From assembly GCA_965117055.1 (NCBI GenBank), contig OZ220750.1, forward strand, positions 3,501,440-3,565,439: 64,000 nt of DNA, in the 5' to 3' direction. This document shows positions 35,631 to 42,796 of the stretch, piece after piece. The notes below the pieces were generated by a model, which saw nothing but the letters and a program-made list of their open reading frames with translations, was not told where the DNA came from and ran no database searches. Numbering within the stretch: the first letter of the stretch is position 1; each line of letters begins with the position of its first letter. Source of the DNA: Alphaproteobacteria bacterium (GTDB taxonomy: Bacteria > Pseudomonadota > Alphaproteobacteria > MPNO01). Made by a program: the position numbers and the translations under genes.

Positions 35631-36086
35631 TTAAAACGGGATTTCGTCATCCAGATCCGCGGGCGCCGAGGCCGGCACGGACCTGGTGTCGCCCGCCATG
35701 TCCGGGTCGGGCTGCATCTGCGAGCCGTTGCCGTTCGGCTTGTCGAGGAACTGCACCCGGCCGCCCGGGACCAGCAGGATCTCGGTCGAGAAGCGGTCGC
35801 CGTCCTCGCCGGGCTTCGACCAGCGCCGGGTCTGGAGCTTGCCGTCGACGTAGACCAGGCGGCCCTTGGTAGCGTGCTTCTCGAACATGTCGATCAGCCC
35901 GTCCTGGAAGGTGACGACCCGGTGCCACTCGGTCTTGTCGACCTTCTCGCCGGTCTGCCGGTTGATGTACGACTCGTCGGTCGCGATGCTCAGGTTGGCC
36001 ACGCGGCCGCCCGAGGTGAGGTGGTTGACGGTGACGTCGCCGCCGAGGCGGCCGATCAGCTGCACCTTGTTCAATCCGAATGCCAT
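35631..36086 (-). CDS. ssb: Single-stranded DNA-binding protein SSB
   Basis: It has an OB-fold N-terminus (LNKVQLIGRLGGD...TEWHRVVTF), a Gly-rich linker and the canonical acidic tail DLDDEIPF. Confidence 0.9.
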   Translation of the reverse strand: MAFGLNKVQLIGRLGGDVTVNHLTSGGRVANLSIATDESYINRQTGEKVDKTEWHRVVTFQDGLIDMFEKHATKGRLVYVDGKLQTRRWSKPGEDGDRFSTEILLVPGGRVQFLDKPNGNGSQMQPDPDMAGDTRSVPASAPADLDDEIPF

Positions 36087-36197
36087 GACGATTCCCCTTC
36101 ATGGACGAGTTGATGACGATGGGTTCCGAACGACCGGAGGCCGGGTCCTACTCCCCCGAACCCCCGACCGTTCAATCTCTTCAAGCCCTCCTCCCCT

Positions 36198-36449
36198 CTA
36201 TTCCGCCGGGGAGAGCGACGACGCCGGGTCCCAGGGTTCCGCCGGCGCCGCCTCGTGCAGCGCGTGCCCGAACGCCGGTTCCGGGTAGAGGCTCGCGAAG
36301 CCGTGTTCGGGATAGACCGCGCCCCGGTCGGGACAGCGGATGGCCCGCTCGTCCTCGGCGATCTCGCGGACGGTGCGGCGATCGACCCCGATTTCGGTCA
36401 GCAAATCGCTGCCAATCGGAAGGTCGAGGGATGTATCGGGACGAAACAT
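36198..36449 (-). CDS. Small hypothetical protein
   Basis: It is 83 aa with an AGGAGA SD upstream of the ATG. No motif was recognised. Confidence 0.3.
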   Translation of the reverse strand: MFRPDTSLDLPIGSDLLTEIGVDRRTVREIAEDERAIRCPDRGAVYPEHGFASLYPEPAFGHALHEAAPAEPWDPASSLSPAE

Positions 36450-36551
36450 GGGCGGGATCTCCTCTGGCCGTTGCCCTGCCCGGCATCGGCGCGGAGAAAC
36501 CACTCCCTCCGGCCTGCCGGACACTCGCCCGACAGGCGCTCTCCTCCTGCT

Positions 36552-37088
36552 CTACGGTGAAGGGACGGCGCGGCGGATCGCGGCCAGGCGCTCGCACACG
36601 GGCCGCAGCGTCATCGCTCCCAGGTTGAACACCGGGATGCCGCGGTCCTCGGCGATACGGATGCCCATGCCGGTGCCGCCCACCGCCTCGCCGCGTTCGC
36701 TCCACGCAACGACCGCATCGACCGGCCGGTCCAGCCCCTCCCCCAGCAGGATCGCGACGTTCCTCGCATGCAGCTTGCGGACGGCCGGCGAACACCGCTC
36801 CCACGCCGGATGCAGGGGCGCCGCGATCGCGATGCAGGCCGCCAGCTCAGCCGCCGACAGCACCCGGCAGTCCGGCCCGCCATGCCCGTTGTAGCCCCGC
36901 CACGGTAGCCAGATCGCCCGCTGATCCGCCGGCGCTCCCCTGGCAAACGCGCTGTCGGCCCCGTCCGCCCCGCCGCTCGACAGATGCCAGCCGGTCCGGG
37001 CCAGCCATCCCGCCATCACCGTCATGTCCGCCAACACGGCTGCCGGTGTCGCCCGCGCGCCGATACCTGCGTAGATCAATGTCGCCAT
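36552..37088 (-). CDS. SLOG/DprA-LOG-like Rossmann-fold protein
   Basis: It reads IYAGIGARATP...SGGADGADSAFARGA...IAEDRGIPVFNL, resembling DprA/LOG-type SLOG domains. Confidence 0.5.
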   Translation of the reverse strand: MATLIYAGIGARATPAAVLADMTVMAGWLARTGWHLSSGGADGADSAFARGAPADQRAIWLPWRGYNGHGGPDCRVLSAAELAACIAIAAPLHPAWERCSPAVRKLHARNVAILLGEGLDRPVDAVVAWSERGEAVGGTGMGIRIAEDRGIPVFNLGAMTLRPVCERLAAIRRAVPSP

Positions 37089-37212
37089 GTCCCGAGCTCC
37101 CGGATATCGAATACCGCCGCTCCCTCTCCGTCAGGGGCCTCGCTCCCCGCACGCTCTTCTCCGCCTCCCCGGCGACATGTAGACCGGCCGTCTTGAACGC
37201 CGCCCCGGCCTG

Positions 37213-37620
37213 GTGCATCGCTACGGCATGGACGGGCGCGGATGGATCGGACGGCACGGGTTCTGGCCGCTGGCGCTGCTCTGGCTGCCGGCCGGGATCG
37301 TCGCGCAGGCGGCGGTGCGGTTCGGGCCGGAGGCGCTCGCCGAGGGCACGCTGGGTCCTTGGCTGGCGGCGATGGCGATGGAGGGGCTGTCGCTGGCGCC
37401 GCTCGTGCCCTGCGGCCTGCCGCTCGCGCTCGGCTGCCGCCGCCTTTGGCGGCTCGGCTACCGGCGCGCGGCCTGGATGGCGGGTTTCGGGCTGGGCATA
37501 ACGACAATCCCGGTGGCGGTGTTCGCGGGGCTGCTCGGACCGCTCGCCCTCACGGCCGGGGCCGTGGTTCTAGGCCTGCCGGTCTGGATGGCTTGGTGGT
37601 GGCTCGTGCGGAGGGGCTGA
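37213..37620 (+). CDS. Hypothetical small membrane protein
   Basis: It is 135 aa with three or four predicted TM helices. It is the only + strand ORF here, and GC-bias artefact cannot be excluded. Confidence 0.3.
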   Translation: MHRYGMDGRGWIGRHGFWPLALLWLPAGIVAQAAVRFGPEALAEGTLGPWLAAMAMEGLSLAPLVPCGLPLALGCRRLWRLGYRRAAWMAGFGLGITTIPVAVFAGLLGPLALTAGAVVLGLPVWMAWWWLVRRG

Positions 37621-37808
37621 GCGGAGACGGCGACCGGCCGGCTGCGCAGCAGGCGGCCGGACGGCACGGTGGTTCTGGGACCCCGGCAAGACGGTGCCGG
37701 GCCGGCAGCGCAGCTAGAGCGCGACCTTAGTGATGGGGCCGTCCTGCTCGACGGGCATGGAGGCAGCCGTCATTGCTCTTTTGGATTCGGAGCAAATGTG
37801 GGGGACCG

Positions 37809-38672
37809 TTATCGGCGCCGCTTCTTCCCCGGCCAGGGGAGGATGCCGTCCAGCTCGGCAAGGAGCGGGTCTTCGTCCTCTACCTCACGCCCTTCATGCT
37901 GTAGAGGAGGCACCTCTTCATCCTCGAACCAGAGCAGCGTGAGCGTCTGATCCCACGACTTTAGATATCGAGCTTCCTCCAAGACCGTGCCACCCCGGCG
38001 CCAATCGCTGAACCACACGTCGGCAGCTACTTCGTCCGGCCCTGTTTCCTTGCCGCCTGTACGTAGAGCGGCGGACAAGGTTTGTGGTGGAGTCTGCATT
38101 CGGGGCGGAATCCAGGCTCCCGCATCGCGCAGCGAATTCGACCGAGACGCGTATCGCACAACGCCCTTTTCGGAGAGAACGAAGGCGCATGGAGCATCCA
38201 TCACCGTCGCATAACGGGAACCCGTCGCGGTGGTCGATGCAATGAAACGACTCGCAAGCTCGTCGATTGCCATGAATCCGATCTGTTCGTCCCTTACCAA
38301 GGGCTCGAACAACTGCTTCGGCAGCAGCAACTCCGCCGCGAAAACGTCACAGAGAACCTCGTTCTTCGGGCGCCTGGCATAGCTCCACCATGGCATCGAG
38401 GAGTGGTCGGACGGCAGCCCCAAGACGATGTGTGCGATCTCGTGACAGGCGGTGAACCGCCTGCGCTCCTCGCTGTCCTTTTCGTTGACGCAGATAAAGT
38501 GCTTGCCCTTGTTCTCGAACGAGTAACCGGGCTCGTCGTCCGGTAGGTCCGGCTCGTGACGAATGACCCCGCCGATGTGCTTTGCATAAGCCCTGACGCA
38601 CGGTGGAAGTCCGGGAGATCCGGCTTCACGCACGAAGTTCCGAGCGCGGAGGACGACCGAGAATTCATCCAT
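37809..38672 (-). CDS. ImmA/IrrE-family (DUF955) metallopeptidase, CapP-like
   Basis: It carries the HEIAH zinc motif (TACHEIAHIVLG) and is 287 aa. It overlaps the XRE gene by 8 nt. Confidence 0.8.
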   Translation of the reverse strand: MDEFSVVLRARNFVREAGSPGLPPCVRAYAKHIGGVIRHEPDLPDDEPGYSFENKGKHFICVNEKDSEERRRFTACHEIAHIVLGLPSDHSSMPWWSYARRPKNEVLCDVFAAELLLPKQLFEPLVRDEQIGFMAIDELASRFIASTTATGSRYATVMDAPCAFVLSEKGVVRYASRSNSLRDAGAWIPPRMQTPPQTLSAALRTGGKETGPDEVAADVWFSDWRRGGTVLEEARYLKSWDQTLTLLWFEDEEVPPLQHEGREVEDEDPLLAELDGILPWPGKKRRR

Positions 38673-39057
38673 TGCCGTTCTCTTCCGACAGGATTCTGCG
38701 CACCCTGGCAAGCAGCTGCGCATAGTTGGGCCGGGCGCCGCCTCGGAACGCTGCGCCGGCTGCGGCCGCGAACTCGTCATAGGTCACGGTCGGATCGTTC
38801 AGCGCCTCGGCCACCAGGTCATCGGCGGTCTCGGGGTGGGCGGCAAGGAAGCGGAGCATTTCGGTCTCGCGTCGGTCGGCCTTGAGCGCGCGGATGAGCC
38901 TGACGAGCACATCCTCCGAGGGCGCCCCCTTTTCCCCCTGCTCGAGCCGATAGATATAGGCATGGTCCGTTTGAGCGAGTTGACCGAGCTCCCGCAGCGA
39001 CAGCCCCCGTCGCTCCCGCAGGAGCCGGAGTAAAAACCCCAGCCCGTTTTTTTTCAT
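38665..39057 (-). CDS. XRE-family helix-turn-helix repressor, ImmR/CapH-like
   Basis: The HTH reads LRLLRERRGLSLRELGQLAQTDHAYIYRLEQG. It is 130 aa and lies directly upstream of the ImmA gene. Confidence 0.8.
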   Translation of the reverse strand: MKKNGLGFLLRLLRERRGLSLRELGQLAQTDHAYIYRLEQGEKGAPSEDVLVRLIRALKADRRETEMLRFLAAHPETADDLVAEALNDPTVTYDEFAAAAGAAFRGGARPNYAQLLARVRRILSEENGNG

Positions 39058-39261
39058 GCCGGCCCCATTGACATCGGTCGTGTGACTCCTTATCTGTTGT
39101 CTGAGTGAGCAACAGTGCCCGATTTTCCGGTCACGGACTTGGATCGGCCGTTGAGAATCCTGGACACCATGTTGTCGTCATAGACAACCGGGTCGCGGAT
39201 GGCAATGGGCGAATGCAGAAGCCCACGGCTGAATTTCGGGCCAACCGAGAAAGGAAATGGC
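39058..39261 (+). promoter_or_regulatory. Divergent promoter/operator region between the XRE gene and the ubiquitin-like operon
   Basis: A 200-bp gap separates the two divergent transcription units. AT-richer stretches (TGACATCGGTCGTGTGACTCCTTATCTGTTGTCTGAGTGAGCAACAGTG) contain a short palindrome. Confidence 0.4.
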
Positions 39262-39783
39262 ATGACTGCCACCGAACTCGAAGTCTTTCTTCACCTCCCC
39301 GGCAAGCGCCCGACCGTGGTGTCTGCCGAACCGACCGAGACTCTGCGCGCCCTCTTGTCCCGGGTCGACGTCGGGAACGACGCCGCCCATGACATCCTGG
39401 TCTTCGTCGGCGAATGCGATCACGCGCTCACGGAAGGCGAGGACTCGCACAAGCCGGTCGATCTCGACCTTACCCTGGCAGATCTCGAACTCGACAAGCT
39501 CCAGCATGTCCACTGCAGCCGCTGCCCGGAAATCGACACCTTCGTCCACTTCTCCGGGAAGGAGTTGAATCGGAAGTTCTCGCCAGCGACCACGGTCGAA
39601 GCGGCGACGCAGTGGGCTCGCGACAATCTACGCCTGGATGGGGCGGCGGCGTCGGAGTTCGTTCTGCAGCTCTCCGGCGCGCAGGACAAGCCGCGTTCGA
39701 GTCAGCACTTGGGCGAGCTCGTCCAGGGCAGCGAGTGCAAGCTGTCGTTCGAACTCGTCAAGGAGATGACGCCGCAAGGCTAG
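39262..39783 (+). CDS. Tandem ubiquitin-like (beta-grasp x2, multiubiquitin/BilA-like) protein ending in C-terminal Gly
   Basis: It is 173 aa with two ~85-aa halves of beta-grasp-like hydrophobic patterning. The C-terminus reads ...KEMTPQG-stop. An AGGAAA SD is present. Confidence 0.6.
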   Translation: MTATELEVFLHLPGKRPTVVSAEPTETLRALLSRVDVGNDAAHDILVFVGECDHALTEGEDSHKPVDLDLTLADLELDKLQHVHCSRCPEIDTFVHFSGKELNRKFSPATTVEAATQWARDNLRLDGAAASEFVLQLSGAQDKPRSSQHLGELVQGSECKLSFELVKEMTPQG

Positions 39784-39787
39784 TCGC

Positions 39788-40261
39788 ATGAAGTCACCGT
39801 CCCAGCGCCTATTCGAAGGCGACCTTCAGTCCGCGGAGTTCCGCAGCGGCGTCCTCAAGGAACACTGGGGCGTCGCTGCACTGGACTGGCCGCGAGTGAT
39901 CCTTTGGATCCGTGCGGCACCCAGAGCGGGAGCGCCGGACAGATACCATGTGGCCCTCGATCTTGAGGGATATCGCGCCGCAGCGCCGACGGGCACTTTC
40001 TGGGATCCTTCGACCGAGGCAATGCTCGACACGGCAAAGCGCCCGAAAGGCAAGGCGAACAGTCGCTTCGCGAAGGTTTTCCGAACAGACTGGAAGAAGG
40101 GCCGCGCCTTTTATCATCCATATGATCGTGTCGCTGCGGGGAGCCACGGTGAGTGGCGAACGCAGCAGCCGCACCTCGTCTGGACACCGGATCACACCAT
40201 CGTCGACTACCTGGAAGAGATCCGTTCCCTCCTGAATTCGGATGACTACGTTGGCCTCTGA
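39788..40261 (+). CDS. E2/UBC-like protein (cysteine-free variant)
   Basis: It is 157 aa and sits between the ubiquitin-like gene and the JAB/E1 genes. It has an HPY tripeptide where E2s carry HPN, followed by AAGSHG. The sequence contains no Cys at all. Confidence 0.5.
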   Translation: MKSPSQRLFEGDLQSAEFRSGVLKEHWGVAALDWPRVILWIRAAPRAGAPDRYHVALDLEGYRAAAPTGTFWDPSTEAMLDTAKRPKGKANSRFAKVFRTDWKKGRAFYHPYDRVAAGSHGEWRTQQPHLVWTPDHTIVDYLEEIRSLLNSDDYVGL

Positions 40262-40748
40262 ACCCGTTCCCGAAGAACTCTCCCTGTCCGTCTGGCTGTG
40301 GTTCCGTCTGCTCGGCGATTTGAGACGCCGTGGCGCGGGACGGCGCGAGAGCGGGGCGTTTCTGCTCGGTCGCAGCGATGGTCCACGGGGCCGCATAACG
40401 ACCTACCTGTGCTACGACGATCTCGATCCCGACGCCCTCCACTCCGGCGCCGTCACCTTTCATGCGAAGGGATACGCCGCTCTCTGGCAATTCTGCCGGG
40501 AGAAGGACCTGGAGATCTTGGCCGACGTGCATACCCATCCGGGCCGCTGGGTCGGGCAAAGTCCGATTGATCGGCGAAACCCGATGGTGCCGATAGTCCA
40601 CCACACGGCGCTTATCGTGCCTTGCTACGGGCGGGCCTCGCGCTGGTCGCTCAAGGGCGTCGGCGTCTACGAGTATCTCGGCGACTTCAAGTGGGCGACG
40701 CACAACCGTGCCGGCAAGCCGAAACGGGTCTCCCTCACCCTCTGGTGA
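40242..40748 (+). CDS. JAB/JAMM (MPN+) metallo-isopeptidase
   Basis: An upstream Glu (RESGAFLLG) and the JAMM motif HTHPGRWVGQSPID (H-x-H-x7-S-xx-D) are present. It is 168 aa. Confidence 0.75.
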   Translation: MTTLASEPVPEELSLSVWLWFRLLGDLRRRGAGRRESGAFLLGRSDGPRGRITTYLCYDDLDPDALHSGAVTFHAKGYAALWQFCREKDLEILADVHTHPGRWVGQSPIDRRNPMVPIVHHTALIVPCYGRASRWSLKGVGVYEYLGDFKWATHNRAGKPKRVSLTLW

Positions 40749-40753
40749 TAGGC

Positions 40754-42157
40754 ATGACGGACGAAAGGCCCAATCTCTCCCGGATATCGAAGCTGTTTGC
40801 CGACAGAGATTCAATGCCGACCTGGGACGGGCTCAGGAAACGGCAGCAATTCGGGGTGACGCTCGTTTGCGGTGGGGACGTGGCCGGTTCGTACATGCTG
40901 CAACTCTGCGTGCTCACAGCCGCGAAGATTGCCACGCGGTGCTTTCCCGGTGCGGTGCGTGTCGTACTGCCTGCACCGGACGACAGAGCAGCCTTGTTGC
41001 TCTGGCCGGAACTGAAGGGCCGCACTGCCTTCGGTGCTTTGCTCCGCCAAATCGTGGGCGACCAGAATGTCGTTGCCGACCTGGGCGGTCTGTCCGTCAG
41101 CAACGCGCTATTGTTTGGCGACGCGCCCGAGACCGCTGGCGGGTTGCGCGTCACCTTCGACGGATGGGTCGCGATGACGGGCCCGGCATCGCAGTTGGCC
41201 CGGCTGCAAGAGCGACCATACTGTTCGCTGGCTGCCGTTCTGGCGGGGGCACTGGGCGTTTCGGAGCTGTTCCTGTCGTTTGCCGATATCTCGATCCAAG
41301 CAACACGACGGGCGGTAGGGCTGTCGCTCTGGCGACCTGATCTCGATCCCGCCGATACCGATGCAATCGGTCCAGTTGTCGGGTGGTTGCCGGCCAATCT
41401 CTGGGTGCTGGGCCTCGGACACCTGGGCAACGCCTACCTGTGGGCGCTGGGGACGCTGCCCTACGCGACGCCAGGGAAGGCCCGGCTCTTCCTGAACGAC
41501 TTTGACTCGATAGAAGACGAGAATATCGAAACGGGGCTGCTCTTCACCGGCGCGGACATAGATCGTACCAAGGCGCGGACCTGTGCCGCATGGCTGGAAC
41601 GGCGCGGATTTCAGACCCGTTTGCTCGAACGTCGATTCGACAAGCACCTTCGCTGTCAGCGCGATGAACCAAGGCTCGCGCTATGCGGATTCGATTCCAA
41701 CCCTCCACGTCGCGAGCTGGATGAGGTGGACTTCGACCGGGTCATTGAGAGCGGTCTTGGCGGTACGTCCAACAACTTCGACACCATGAGCATCCACGCA
41801 CTACCGAACCCCCGTTGCGTTGCTGAGCTCTGGCCGGATCTCCCCGACGAAGAAGAGAAGATGCGCGAGGCCCACCAGGAGAGTGTTGCGCAAGACAACG
41901 AAGCGTACGTTCGCTCTGGACTGGACGCGTGTGGCCGGTTTGAGTTCGCCGGAAAATCGATCGCCGTACCCTTTGTGGGAGCGGCCGCAGGCTGTCTTGT
42001 CGTCGCGGAGGCGGTCCGCTTGTTCCACGACGGCCCAGCCTGTACGGACATCAAGCTGCGCCTGGGAACATTCGAGAAGCATTGCTTTCCGGCAAGTCGC
42101 TGGTACAGCCCGGAGGATACCGCCGTTCACAGCTTCACGGAGGCGCTGCAGCTGTAG
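40754..42157 (+). CDS. E1-like ThiF/MoeB-family adenylyltransferase
   Basis: It is 467 aa with a Rossmann motif (VLGLGHLGNAYLWAL), ThiF-like Arg/Asp motifs (TGADIDRTKA) and several Cys candidates (LCGFD, ACGRFE). Confidence 0.8.
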   Translation: MTDERPNLSRISKLFADRDSMPTWDGLRKRQQFGVTLVCGGDVAGSYMLQLCVLTAAKIATRCFPGAVRVVLPAPDDRAALLLWPELKGRTAFGALLRQIVGDQNVVADLGGLSVSNALLFGDAPETAGGLRVTFDGWVAMTGPASQLARLQERPYCSLAAVLAGALGVSELFLSFADISIQATRRAVGLSLWRPDLDPADTDAIGPVVGWLPANLWVLGLGHLGNAYLWALGTLPYATPGKARLFLNDFDSIEDENIETGLLFTGADIDRTKARTCAAWLERRGFQTRLLERRFDKHLRCQRDEPRLALCGFDSNPPRRELDEVDFDRVIESGLGGTSNNFDTMSIHALPNPRCVAELWPDLPDEEEKMREAHQESVAQDNEAYVRSGLDACGRFEFAGKSIAVPFVGAAAGCLVVAEAVRLFHDGPACTDIKLRLGTFEKHCFPASRWYSPEDTAVHSFTEALQL

Positions 42158-42371
42158 AGCGCTGCTTTCGACAGGACGCTCGCGGACGTGGCGGATCTCG
42201 GATGGCCGCAGCGCGCGTTCGGCGTAAATCGGACAGTGGCAGGGCGACCGGAATCAAGGTGAAGGCCAGGGATGGTAGAGGCGTTTTCGGTTGTTTCGTA
42301 ACGTCACCAGTGCGGCACGGGTCCGTTGAAGTCGGATTGGTCAGGACGCAATGCGCACCGCAGAAATGGCT

Positions 42372-42641
42372 TCAGTGCCAGGCGCCGCCCTCCGGATCGT
42401 CGTCCTCGGCCTGCATGGAGGCGGCGACCATGGCTTGCCAGGCCTCGCGGTCGAGCCCGAGCCGGCGGTTCAGCTTGTCGCAGATGTCGAGAGCATTTTC
42501 GAGGTCGAGGGTGACGAGAGCCGTGGGGACATGGCCGGCCATGCCCTCGATGACGATGCGGATCTGCTGCACCTCGGTCTCGACGTCGTAGGCCGGCGCG
42601 AAACAGAAGTTCGGATTGTCCGGCAGGGTCTGCGCGGTCAT
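42372..42641 (-). CDS. Small hypothetical acidic protein downstream of the methylase-helicase
   Basis: It is 89 aa (MTAQTLPDNPNFCFAPAYDVETEVQQIRIVIEGMAGHVPTALVTLDLENALDICDKLNRRLGLD...) with a GGAGAA SD. Confidence 0.5.
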   Translation of the reverse strand: MTAQTLPDNPNFCFAPAYDVETEVQQIRIVIEGMAGHVPTALVTLDLENALDICDKLNRRLGLDREAWQAMVAASMQAEDDDPEGGAWH

Positions 42642-42796
42642 GGCGTTTCTCCTTCGGGCGGCCGCCGCCCGGCCGGCAATATGTATCGCGGCGGGCGGCG
42701 GCGCGAGCGTGTCGTTGGTTGGTGTCGCCGACGGCACGCCCCCGCGCAGGGCTGCGCGGAGGACGGCGGGACGGCGATACGTATCGCGCTGGCCGC

